A stretch of DNA of 64,000 bases from Chiloscyllium plagiosum (lineage: Eukaryota), in the NCBI RefSeq assembly GCF_004010195.1, contig NC_057727.1, positions 69,856,171-69,920,170 on the forward strand. The letters run 5' to 3'. Shown in pieces: positions 39,964 through 51,824 of the stretch. Below the pieces are notes generated by a model. The model ran no database searches, was not told the DNA's origin, and saw only the letters and a program-made list of their open reading frames with translations. Positions within the stretch are counted from its first letter, which is position 1. The number at the start of each line of letters is the position of its first letter. The position numbers and the translations under genes were made by a program.

Positions 39964-40135
39964 CAGAAGAACTTCAATTATCTGGCATTCGATTATCCAA
40001 ATTTTGGATTATCCAGCAAGATTGCAAGGTCCCGATGCTTAGCTAAACTGTTACCCGGCATTTGATTATATGAACGGTCAATTGTCGAGCAAAATTCTCC
40101 ACCCCAGTGTTGCTCAGATAATAGAGGTTCCTCTG
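39964..40135. mobile_element. 172-bp MITE, pogo/Tigger (Tc1-mariner) type
   Basis: TA|CAGAAGAACTTCAATTATCTG ... CAGATAATAGAGGTTCCTCTG|TA; TIRs match at 18/21; TA flanks both ends. Confidence 0.8.
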
Positions 40136-41079
40136 TATGGTGCAGAGCATGCATCATTTCTTTCTGGGTAAATTCATCAGGGATGACACTACTATCATGT
40201 CCACTGGACCAGCAGACCAAATGTTGAGTCTTGGCTTTCCAGGTGCCCATTACTAATTCTTTTCATTTCTGTGCTTATGAACTATTGTGAATGAGTCATA
40301 TTCCATCCCCATTATAGTCATTGATGGAGTGTTGTTGGTATTTTCTAATCGGCCTGTTCAGAGATGTCATTATGCATCTTTGGAACAGATGTGACTTCAA
40401 CCAAGGCCTCCTGGCTCAGAGGGTAGGGGCACTGCACCTCCTTGACTATGTAAAATAGCTGTTAATTTCCATGCAATTTTCAGCAGATGTTTGTTTGAAG
40501 CATTGGTCTAATGTTACAGCTGTGCAACCTACCTAACTTAAAAAAAAACAAATAGCTCAGTTTTCAAAAAAACCTGGACACCACTTGTTCAAAGCTGATG
40601 GACAAGTGTCCTGCAGATATCCAACCCCTCTAGAGGTATGTTAAGACAGGGAGGAGGATGATCGGTATCCAAAACAAGCTACAATGGAGTCAAAATACTT
40701 GTGGTGTCTTGGCCTTCATCTCAAAGTGGTTGGAATTCAAAAACAAAGAATGTAAGCTTCAGTTGTACAGAGTCTTGCTTGGAATACCATCTGGAATGCA
40801 ACATTGGCTTCAGGCGCTTTACCTTGGGGCATACACATTGGCCTTATTAGAATGTAGCACAGATTTACTAGAAGGGCGATATGATCATACCAGATCTTCT
40901 TTCTCAAACTCACTTTTCTGTCCAACATTCCTTGATTCTCTGAGAGATCAAAGCCTTTCGATTTCAGTCTTGAAAATACTTTGCCATGGAGTATGCACAA
41001 CACCTCAAAGTAGGAAATTTCAAAGAGTTTTCAACCATGATTAAAGCATAAGTGATGAATCGATAATCCACTTTTGGTC

Positions 41080-41910
41080 TCTTCTGGAGGTCCCCACCAT
41101 CACAGATGCCAGTCTTCAGCCTATCTGATGCACTCCACTCCAAATCCAGAAAAAGCTGGATGCATCGAAAACCCAAAAGCTACGTGCCTTGACAACAGCC
41201 TTCCATGACTAGCCACAATGTCTGGCCAACCTGTTTCAGTACAATTCCAACACTGACATATACCCAACAAAATAAGAAACTGCACAAGTATGTTCATTGC
41301 ACAAAAAACGGACAAAACACAATTAGGGCAATGATTACCCATCATTTCATTCACCATCAGTAGCCAGGTGATGGAAAGTTTCAACAGCAGTGTCACCAAA
41401 CAGGCTTTCTCACAATAACCCACTCGGAAATCTCAGTTTTGGTTCTGCTAGGACCACTTGGCTCCGGACCTCAGTGCAGTCTTTTGTCCAAAAATGAACA
41501 AAGGAATTGAATTTCAGAGATAAGACAAGCCATGTAGGCAGCATTTGATCTTGTGTGATAACAAGGAGCCAGAGAAAAATTGAAATTAATGAAAACTGGG
41601 GGTGAGCTCTTCACAGATTGGAGACTTTCCTAGCACAAAGATAGGAAAGTCTCTTGTGACTGATGGAGGCCAATTATCCAGCCCATGACATCTTTTCTTG
41701 AGCTCTTCAGCACCATGTGCAAGGTCCATTTTCAGCTGCTTCTTCAATAGTCTTCAGTCCAGCATCGGGTCGGAGTTGGAAACCTTTGATTACACAATGT
41801 TAAGAATGTCCATTCTTAATTCCTCTAATGGTAAAGGAGTCTGTGCCAACATTAGATAAACCTAAACAATATTCAGGCTTAGACTGGTAAGTGGCAAGTA
41901 ACGCTGAACC
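41080..41910 (+). mobile_element. decayed LINE (second family), RT region
   Basis: Reverse-complement similarity to 55750-56620 (cagatgccagtcttcagcc, ggtgatggaaag, gcagcatttga). Confidence 0.6.
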
Positions 41911-42058
41911 CCATTTAACTTTTATCTTGAGTACTTGTGCTATTTTTTATCAGATGCGTATCTCTAAAATAAGTCTACAACAAGATTAATGTATTAACTA
42001 TGATTCAGCCATGAATAACTCCCCATGTTCTCCATTTACTCTGGTTTTGTTTTAATAG

Positions 42059-42181
42059 GACAGCCAGTTTTGTACTGGTGCTCACGTAACATGACCTTTT
42101 GGAGCAGCATCTCCTTCAATTTGGCGGTCCTCATGAACCTGTTGGTTGCGTTATTTTATCCCTTTGAAGGTGTCCGAGGAG
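42059..42181 (+). CDS. ITPR1: ITPR1 exon, first transmembrane helix ([41 protein letters not shown])
   Basis: taatag|GA ... GGAG|gtaatg; 123 bp, phase 1/1. Confidence 0.96.
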
Positions 42182-42720
42182 GTAATGTCACCTTGACTCA
42201 CTTCCATGTGAATCGGGCTGCGGTTTGTTTATTTAATAGTGGTTTGTTTAAGGGGAACCTTCGAATGTTATGTGCTTTTTGGATTTCTTTCCCTCTCCAA
42301 ATATACCCCATCAACATTTGTTTGAATTGAACGTGATCTTATTGAAATGTTGGATGATTTTACCCACTCCTTTTACCTTTTCTGTTTAAACTTCATTCCA
42401 TGTCAAGCACACAAGCACTTGATTAGAAGATGTCTTTCAGTCTAAATGATCAAAAGTGGCTACATTGAGTATCTGTCTTATGATTTATTTCAACCATTTA
42501 TGTAGTGATTTTAACTTGCTGTAACTTTTTTTTTTAAAAAATGCTATTATCTCTACAGCCTAAGATGGCAAATTATAAACAACCTGGCAGTTCTGAAGAG
42601 TTTAGAGGTTTCAGTAGTCCTATGATTAAGAAAGTTATGTACTTTTCAATGTTTTGGAGTGAATTGAAACCAACTGAGATGCAGATTTTTTAAAATCTGA
42701 ATATTGTAGTGAAAAGGGGG

Positions 42721-42746
42721 ATGTGTGTGTGTGTGCGCGCGCGCGT
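42721..42746. repeat. alternating purine-pyrimidine (TG)n(CG)n tract
   Basis: atgtgtgtgtgtgtgcgcgcgcgcgt read directly. Confidence 0.9.
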
Positions 42747-43149
42747 CTCTGAGGTATGCTGCCATGTCATATGACCTCGGTGACCATGTGATAGGATTCC
42801 ATGTTGAAACTCTTGAATCACAGTTCATGGAGCTCTGCAGCTTACCATCATGTGAATACTGTTAGTAAACATTTCTTAAAAATAAAACCTGGACTGTTGC
42901 CTGGACTAAGCTTGAATAGACAGCAAAAGAGCCTGTGCTAAAACAAAAAATGTAAATTTCTAAAGCCAAGTCATGTGTCTGAATGTTGTGTACCATCACT
43001 TGACTTGATGTACAGTTCTGTATTCAGTAAGGCTGCTTAACACTTAAAAGATACCACTTCCACAGTTTTCAGTAGCTGTTTTAATGTGGATAATTTTCAG
43101 ATTGCAGTGGTTGAACCAGTTACAAGACTCCGGCAACTGTGATACAGTG

Positions 43150-43562
43150 GTCAGACTCTCACTAGGTTTGTATGGTCAAGTTCTACTGCAGAGGTTTGAG
43201 TACAGCATTTGAGTTCAGGTTGACTGTCCAGCAGGATGTTACTGGCGTGCTGCACTGTGGGAAGTGTTTCCTTTCAGCCTGAAATTTTAAACTGAAGCTC
43301 TGTCCTCTGGTAGATGCAAATGATCCCATGTTACGATTTGAAAGAAAGGAGAGTGTCTCCTTGGAGTTATAACCATTCCCACATTAGACATTGCTGATAA
43401 TAGCCATTTCATCCTCTTATCTCTCTGCTGTTTGTGGGAATTTCCTTTGTGCAACTTGGTCACTGCTGTTTCCTTTTTTTTTTAACAGCAGTAATGTTTC
43501 AAAAGTACTTGAGATGTTATGAGGTAATGAAAGGTGCTTGTAGCAATCTATGTTCATTCTTG
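43150..43562 (+). mobile_element. Deu-domain SINE, degraded
   Basis: gtgctgcactgtgg...tagatgcaaatgatcccatg...gctgtttgtgggaa...gaaaggtgct. Confidence 0.5.
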
Positions 43563-43794
43563 CCATTACTGACTATCCTCTGCCCAGAGATCCCAGTGTA
43601 CCAGAAACTTTACTTTTTGGGCATGTTGGGGTTGCTTAGAAAAAAAATGGCTGTATGAGTTTGTGCACCTGGTGGTTTAATGTGTGTTTTTGTGTAGTCA
43701 ATTGAAATCTCACTGCCGATCGAATGGGGAAGTGGAGAGGAAACGGTGCTGGAAAAGTGAAAGTTTTGTGAACGCGTTTCAAATGCAGCCATCA

Positions 43795-43960
43795 GGATAT
43801 GCAGGTTAGGTGGATTGGGGCTGATAAATTGCCCATAGTGTCCAGGGGTGTGCAGGCTAGGTGGCTTAACCATGGGAAATGCAGGGTTACAGAGATGGGA
43901 TGCTCTTCGGAGAATCGGTGTGGACTCTATGGTCCAACTGACCTACTTCCACACTGCAGG
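43795..43960 (+). mobile_element. HE1-like SINE 3' half
   Basis: gatatgcaggttaggtggattgg...taaattgcccatagtg...ttccacactgcagg. Confidence 0.7.
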
Positions 43961-44069
43961 TATTCAGGTGATCAAAAGCTGTAAAGGTAAATAAAACTCT
44001 GACCTTCCAAGTGTGGACCCTTTTTCTCTGAACATCATTATAATGAAGTATTTCGAGCTGATAACCCTT

Positions 44070-44313
44070 GATTAGATTAAATTCCCTACAGTATGGAAAC
44101 AGGCCATTTGGCCCAACAAGTACGTACCTACCCTCTGAAGAGTAACCTACCCATATTTACCCCTGACTAATGCACCTAACACTATGGGTAATTTAGCATG
44201 ACCAATTCACCTAACCTGCAAATTTTTAACCATGGTAGGAAACCGGAGCACCCAGAAGAAACCCATGCAGATATGGGAGAATGTGCAAACTCCACACAGA
44301 CAGTTGCCTGAGG
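44070..44313 (-). mobile_element. HE1-like V-SINE, 5'-truncated
   Basis: attagatt...ccctacagtatggaaacaggcc...aggaaaccggagcaccc...tgcaaactccacacagac. Confidence 0.85.
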
Positions 44314-45182
44314 CCTTGTCCTGTCTCTTCTCCAGAAGTCTTGTTGATTTCCCCCCTGCAGTCAAACACACTCATCACAGGCGGGAAGACAACTGATTGC
44401 TCTGGTTTTGTTTGTGCTGATGCTAACCAGTTTGCAGATGAAGGATCATGGTTAATTGAAGTTTTGTGGTCCCGGGCATACCCTGTCGCCTCCTTGGGTG
44501 TAACTTGGGTCTTTCAGCTTCACAGGTCTAAGTCTGAGTGGGGCAACCAGCCTTTTTGCCACCAGGTGGATTGCCTTGAATCTTGTAGCCAATTCCCATA
44601 GGCCACATCCATTCACTATACAGTGACCAGTCGGATCTGGGTGACCTCACTTGTATGCTGGCCTCTTCTTGAAATTCCATTTATGGAGGAAGTGTAATGC
44701 CTTTGCATGAGGTCTTGTTGAGAACGAGACACTCTCTCTTATCCCACCCTGGAGGCTCCACTGCTGGACTGTGCATTCAATCCTTGTTGGTGAAATTGAC
44801 AGCTCAAAGATTACAACATTTGTTCTCTGACACAAACTGCACTACCCCAAAGCATTCAGAGCCCCAGAAATGCAGTGAAAACTCTCCTATTCAGAAAATT
44901 GTGAAGATCCTTATTGATGAGCTGTTCAGGGTTGGTGTCAGTGGTTGCAGTGTAGCTATACTTTGCTTAACTACAAGCAAAGAGGTTATTTGCATGCACT
45001 CAGTTGAAATGCATGTGACACAACTCTCAGCAAATACAAATGATGTGGTCAGTGAGAGTCTGAATGTCCTCGAACCTCAATGTATTCTTCTGTAGATTTC
45101 TTTCTTTCTTCAGTTTGCCTCACTCTAAGAGTTAAATTGGAAGAGCTAAGACTGTTATAAATAAAACCTGTTCACTATCACA

Positions 45183-45315
45183 AGTGGGAGAAAGTGAGGA
45201 CTGCAGATGCTGGAGATCAGCGTCCAAGCGTATGGTGCTGGAAAAGCACAGCAGGTCAGGCAGCATCTGAGGACCAGGAGAATTGCTGTTTCAGGCATAA
45301 GCTCCTCTTCAGGAA
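45183..45315 (-). mobile_element. Penelope-like terminus with degenerate hammerhead motif
   Basis: ctggaaaagcacagcaggtcagg is shared with 13989-14011; the minus strand reads CTGAAGA-g-GAGC-ttat-GCCT-GAAAC. Confidence 0.7.
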
Positions 45316-47489
45316 GAAGAGCTGATCATAACTTTCCTGATGCACATGGCTAGAATATTATGGAGGTTCATGCTCTTCAGTCTAGTTTGTCTCTACACTC
45401 TGAGCCTGTTAGTACTTTGACTGTTTGATCAAGGTGGAGAAAGGTGCCAACTAATAAATTTAAAATGGATGAGAAAAATTGTGACGTTAAACTTCAGAGA
45501 TCTCAAACCACTTCTCTTGTAATCTTAAAATGTGCTTGTCACAAGAAATTCAAAGGAGTAGCTGGACCTCAGTTTAATGGAGAAAAGGCAAAATACTGAA
45601 GTATTTTCTTTTTGCTTTTTTTAACGCAATATCGTCCATGATTTCATGACATCTGAAGGTGTTTTACAATGAATTAAGTACCTTTTTGTTAAAACGGTTA
45701 CTAATGTAATGTGGGAAATTTTGTCATCTTAAATATCATAAGTTTGGAACAAAAATGTGTTTTGATCAATGGAATATTTTATTCACAGGATGTTCCTTGA
45801 CTGGTCTTGCTATGAATTGTTTTACTTAAATGTTAGTGACAGGTTTTTTTTTTGCACATTGTGCAAGGAACTGAAACCCATTGGGTTTTCATGAATATGT
45901 TCCTCTTGTTGACTGCTGTCATTAGACATGAAGAATTCTCTTTTTTTTTTATTTTGAGCGTGTTCCATGTCTTGCTGCCCCCTCACCCCCAATAAGATTG
46001 ACATGAACGCATCCAAGATGGACCTGATACCCAAAAGCCAAATCAAAGTTCAGCACCTTGCTCTGACTTATAAGAAATTATCCATTAGCTCATTTGAATT
46101 AACTTCTCATGAACTATCTGTTTGACCAGATGTAAAGCAGCAGTGCTTACTTAGTTAAAAATGGCTGACAGGATACATGGGTCTCCTATCAAGTCTGAAT
46201 AATCTATTCATGTGATTTGCCACTTTGGGGTAGTCAACATCTTTCCAGTTCCGAACGTTGCTCCAACCTGGCTTGCACACTTGGCAGAAGTATTTATTTG
46301 GAGGCACTCTAATCTCCTTCCAAGAAACTTCAGGGAACAGCCAACTTGCTTCTCCAGCAGTTCTAGTGATGTCATAATTCTTTCATCATCTCTGAGGGGG
46401 GTGGTGGGGAAGAGAGATGGAGAGCACGAGCAGTATGGTGCAGCACTGCTTCTGATTGGTGCCAGCACCCCAGTGATTGCACATCTCAAACTGTATTCTC
46501 CATCTTTCTGCCAGAGCCAAAGACGTTGTGCATAGCAGATGATCTGCCCTTTAAAAGCAATGATGTATAGCATTCCATATTCATTTCAAGAGTTACAAAG
46601 AACATTTTAGTTCTGCTGTTAACTTTGTGGTTGAGGTTTCAGACAGGTTCACACGGAACTGTTGTGTTTGGATATATATTAAGTCTAACACGCATTTCCT
46701 ATCTGTCACACTTAAGTGCCACATTCAAGTTTTTTGTCACATTTTATATTAGTAAAAAATAAGAGTTAAGAAACAGTGGACGCCATTGGAAATTCGGGGG
46801 CAGAGAAAACCTTTATTCTGAATACTGTCCAAGTATTGGGTGTTAATTTAAAGGATTAAAAATGGGAATTTGCATTTGAGTAGTAATCTCAACATTGTAA
46901 AACACCACAAGGAACTTTTACAGGAATGTTGTCAAACAAAATACAGTACATAGCAATTAGGACACGTGACCACAAGCTTGGTTTAGATAAAAATCAGTCA
47001 CAAACGGTGGAGGGAAGGGCTTTGGGGAGAGCCACAAGCAGTTTTCCTTCAAGTTTCTGGATGGTAGAGCAGGTAACTTAGATAGAGAAAGAGACTAAGT
47101 CACATCTACGTTTGAACGCAAGGCTGAGAATTTTGAAATTGAAGGATTGCTGCAATTGGAGCTAGAGTAGGCCAGTGAGCACAGCATGATGGACAAACCG
47201 TGCAAGCTGTAACACAGACATTAGATTTTTCATGAAAGAAAGGTGTAATACTTGCCAGAGGCTTGTTGGAATATTCAAGCCAGGAGATAGCCGAAGCATG
47301 GATGAGGGCTTTTGTGTAGTAAGTGGTGGGGGAAATCTGAGGCAGAGGTAAGCAATATATGAAGGTGGAAACAGGCAGCATTAGTGATGGAGGCAAGATG
47401 GAGTCGGAAGTTAAGTTCACAGGCACTGTTGATCATGTGGGAATGCAACCAGTGAATGAAGGCTGCACTGGGTAATGGAAGCTCCTAAA

Positions 47490-47960
47490 GGAAAGAAAGA
47501 CTTGTATTTATGACTTTTTCATGACCACAAAACTTCTGAAAGAATTTTACAGCCAATGAAGAACTCTTGAGGTGTTGCAATATAACCAACACTGCAGCCA
47601 ATTTGTGTGTGCAGTTCACTCGCACAAACAGTAATGTGTTAATTGCCAGCTAATCTCCTTTCTGTCACTTTGACGAAAGGATAGATAGTGGCATGGATAG
47701 TGGAAACAAATCCCCTGCTCCTCTTTGAAATAGTATCATGAGATCTTTCATATCCACTGCAGATGGGCAGACAGGACCATAAAGACACCTTTGTTAATGC
47801 GGCACTCCCTTGGTGTCAGAGGCAAGAATGTTACAAACTATGGGATCCTTGCATCCACCTGGAAAGGGCAGATGGGGGCCACGATTTCATATTTCATTCT
47901 GGAGGGCACACCTGTGACATGGCAGCATCCTATTAGTGCAGCATGGGAACGTCAGCCTGG
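47490..47960 (-). mobile_element. Deu-domain SINE
   Basis: cccctgctcctctttgaaatagtatcatgagatctttcatatccac is the reverse complement of the Deu core; A-rich/aaagac tail at the left end. Confidence 0.6.
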
Positions 47961-48720
47961 TGTCCTTCAGACTCCCAAAATGAGTAATGTGATCGGAACC
48001 TTGTGCACCCATTTTCAAAGTTTGTTGCTCTTACTAGCTACCTGAAGTTACAACCAAGTCTATGTGGGTATATTGAAACCAGGATGACATTGAAAGTGTG
48101 TTTCCATGCATTTTTACCACCTCATTAGTACCTCAGTAACACTAGGTGTAACCTGTTCTCATGAGTTCAAATAACCATTGCAAACACCTTTTTGTGTGTG
48201 TATATGTATGTATGTGGTAGTCTCCTGGTGTGAGGAGGATATTTGTTCATGGCAGGAATCTACACTCTGAATCTTCTACTGTAAGAAGGTCATATGGTTT
48301 TGGCTAAAAAGGAAACCCATTCTTCTCACTTGCCATGTTGGCGAAATTGATAATCAACCAGTTATGCACCTTTTGTAGGCCATCCAGTCTTGAGGTGGGA
48401 CTTAAGCCATCAACATTTGGCCGAGAGTTGGGATTGCTACTGACTGTGTGCCCAAAGAACTCCCAATGAAAGTAGAGACTCATCAGTGGACTACCGGCCT
48501 ATATTGGACTATTAGGATTTTGCTTCATTCTATTAACCATCATTGGGGTAGTGCACTGGAAATCAATCCCTACTGTGCCTTGACTTGTCACAAACATTGC
48601 AGGGTTTTTTAAATAAAAGTATACAAAATTAACCTGTCTTTTAGAGGTTGACGGGAAGCATGGGCCAGATTTCTAAACTTAAGGGTTAGTATTTACTATA
48701 AACTATCGTTTCACTGTAGC

Positions 48721-49142
48721 TAAGATCTATTTATGAACTGTTGATATAAAACATTACTGTTTAAAACACTCGGCCCTTTATAAAGTCCCCCTACACATAC
48801 TCTCTCAGACACAAGAAACACGTAGGTGGGGTGGGTGAAGGGAAAGACTGGGAAGACAATTGTCCCTGCCCCAGGTTTTAACTGAGATAATCTTTTTGCC
48901 TCTGTCTACCTTCTCAAGGTACTTTCACTTGCAGAGTTGCAGGGTAACTGCATAATGTTTACAATATCCATAACTTACTGGTTAAAAGTCACAACTTACA
49001 ACAATTTTTTTCTTTCCCTTCACCCACCCCACCTATGTTTTAATTGTGTCTGAGAGAGTATGTATAGGAGGAATTTATAAAGGGGCAAGTGCTTTAACCA
49101 GTAGAGTTTTATATCGACCACCCCGTTTATAAAGAGATCTTA
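48721..49142. repeat. inverted repeat (arms 48721-48847 and 49011-49142)
   Basis: Arms align at roughly 80% identity, including catactctctcagacacaa and taggtggggtgggtgaagggaaaga. Confidence 0.9.
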
Positions 49143-50607
49143 CTGGTTAAAAGTCACAACTCTCAACATATGTGAGAAATAAACCGGCTTTTTTCAGGCC
49201 TGAGGTTTTTTGACAGCAGAGAGGAAAGACAGATTGACCTTTTGGGAGGTCCAATGGCTTCTGGCCAAACATTCACATCCACAAGTTGTTTGGCTCCCTG
49301 GCAGCCAATCACATAGCTGTTTGTAGTCAGAGGCCTTTGTCATTGGCCTGTGGCGTGGTGACTAGTTGTCAATCAGCCAGTTGCATATCATTTTGCACAC
49401 ACCACCCCGGTTCTGTGTGTTGTGCAGTTACTGTGTAGTAACTTATCCCTACTGCTTGAACAAACAGCAATGTAAGCAGCATTTACAATGAGATTCGGGT
49501 AACTTGCTTTTAAAATGTCTAGTAATCCATTGCACAATTTTTTTTTTTGAAGAACTGTGCACTTTCCATTTCAGTCCACCAAAAATATGAAAAATAGAGG
49601 AAGATAGTCTTTACAGTTCATCAAGGCAGTATTGAAGTCCACTGATTCTATCAGTTCCTAAAGTTGTCCAATCCCAAGCACCAATTGGGAATGTTGTTAG
49701 TAACCTTTCAAAAACTAGATATTCAGGTAATTTTGCAAGGCCACTATTGAGTCCAATGACTGGTAGAAATCCTTCCCTGCTATATTTCCACTGACCACTT
49801 CATGGAGGAAATCCTCAACCAGAATATCTTCAGCTTCTTGATCAATTTTATTAATCTCATGTTGGCAGCTTAAATAGTTGTTCAGAGATAATGGCAAAGA
49901 TATGCATCAGATTAATGTATTGTGTGTTGCAGAGATTAACACTCCTGTGCTGATAACATCAATTTTTCCAAGAGCAATTTGACAGAGATCTGTTAATGAT
50001 ACCTTTTTTATCTTGTTAGTAATTGAATTATGACAATCAGGACTGGACTGTTAATGCCAACAACAACTGATTACTGTTGTTGACAGTGCAGAGTCTAAAA
50101 TAGTGTTCATTTTCCTAGTCTGGCTGGACAGGGGGTAGGCTCTCGTTTTGTAGTCCTCTCTCTCCCTCTCCAAATTTCTTCATTCTGGAATGACCATGAG
50201 TGTGCTGAGGTCCACTGACCATCTTCCCTGTCTAATCAATCGATAATGGCAAAGACTTATACTATGCCTCTGATTCCATTCCTTTGCTGGGAAAGGAATA
50301 TGTATTAAGCCTGAACACTTAGAAGCTTTAAATCTCAATTCCCTGCCCCTCAATCATTTTAGAAGCAGCTAACTATGTTGAAATGAATGGTTTTGTGGTT
50401 GGTTCTATCTTCTATTAGTGGAGGAGGGACATTCAGATTAATTTCTTCAAATGTGAATCCTTCTGTTGCCCATTGTCCACTGTACATGTAATAGGAAATT
50501 TCCTGCCGAGGGCTGCACAGGCCATGTTTGGCAGTTTTCAGTGAACCTCTTGTGTCTTGTGCAAGAAACTGGTTTTGCATTGAGCTAACTGTCTCTTTTG
50601 TATGCAG

Positions 50608-50783
50608 GTACTTTGGAGGCACACTTATCGGGCCTGCTGTGGACAGCTGTCTGTATATCTCTGGCCATCGTGATTGCCCTTCCTAAACCCCATGGTATCC
50701 GAGCTTTGATAGCCTCTACGATTTTGCGACTTATATTCTCAGTTGGTTTAGAGCCAACTCTCTATTTGTTGGGAGCTTTTAAC
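50608..50783 (+). CDS. ITPR1: ITPR1 exon, membrane region ([59 protein letters not shown])
   Basis: atgcag|GT ... AAC|gtgagt; 176 bp, phase 1 to 0. Confidence 0.96.
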
Positions 50784-51029
50784 GTGAGTATTTCATGAAA
50801 CTGCAATCCCGAGCTAACTGGGCTAAAGAGCTTTTGGTCAGCAAGTGTTCTAACAGAACAATGCGAGGAAACTAGTCAAAAGTAGTCTTGAAATAGATTT
50901 GTGGGTGAATATGTTATCTGCCCCCTTCTCTCTCCTACGATGCACCTCAAAACTTTGATCAAGTGTCTGGTCACCCACTTGGGTTGTTCTCTGAATTTGG
51001 TTGGGACTATGTAAATTCCAGTTGTTGGT

Positions 51030-51248
51030 GTGTCACCTTCTCCCTCACCCTCATCCACCTATTGCTTTCTCAACTACTTCCTCCCCCCACACAGCCCAGC
51101 TCTACCCTCTCCCATTTATCTCTCCACCTCCCTGGCCCACAATTCCTATTCCTGATGCAAGGCTTATGCCCGAAATGTCAAATTTCCTGCTCCTCAGATG
51201 CTGCCTCACCTGCAGTACTTTCTCAGCAACGCACTCTCAACTCTGACT
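51030..51248 (+). mobile_element. Penelope-like terminus with degenerate hammerhead motif
   Basis: Reverse-complement similarity to 13970-14160 (cccatttatctctccac; cctgatg..ggcttatgcccgaaa; ctcagatgctgcct). Confidence 0.7.
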
Positions 51249-51824
51249 TTATTGGTCCATTACATTGCCCTGTAGTCAAAGTCTGTGCTTGATGAGATGA
51301 TGCATAGGGTTGTGGGTGCAACTGCTAGTGTGCCCATGAAAGGATGTCCCATCTACAGTTGTTTTACAGGAAGTTTGGACATAAAGACAATCCTTTGCTC
51401 CAAATGAAATATTGTTCAAGAATTCAGGTCCTACAGTTCTTTGGTACTTAACTATCATGACTTCTACATTTTGAAAGGTGCCTTGATGTGCTGTCATTCA
51501 ATAGAAGAGGAGTCGATGTAGGGTCCCTCATTGTAACTAGAGCACTGAGGTGCAATGAATAAGGTGAAGGCAGGTTGAAGGATGGAGCATGTCCAGTTTG
51601 GGAAGTGGGTGGGGTAGGAGGAAGAGGAGAAGGGACCTGGAAAGATGAGATTCACTGTTCTCTGGCACGTACTTGAATACATTGCACTTGCCAGCCTGTT
51701 AGGTTTGCATCACATCTATCACCTAGAACATTCATTGCCTTTACCAAAAATGTGCAGTGGTGGCTTTGTTTACCATTTTGTGAAATACGTTGTGATAGTC
51801 TGTAAAAGACCCTTCCATCACCTC

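Larger units (their letters stand above)
2869..50783 (+). other. ITPR1: ITPR1 gene, internal portion (10 coding exons; gene extends beyond both window ends)
   Basis: Ten exons with AG/GT (one GC) boundaries join in frame from [12 protein letters not shown] to LLGAFN. The order and sequence match vertebrate IP3R1 as I recall it. I found neither the preceding exon nor the following (VCNKII-type) exon in the window. Confidence 0.96.

Noticed and set aside
40158-40182. Additional hammerhead (minus strand CTGATGA...GAAA)
   Set aside because: The intervening ATTTACCCA cannot form stem II and there is no PLE context; likely chance.
48586-49615. Solo LTR (TGT...ACA) hosting the inverted repeat
   Set aside because: The termini are suggestive but there is no TSD and no second copy, so it is not supportable here.
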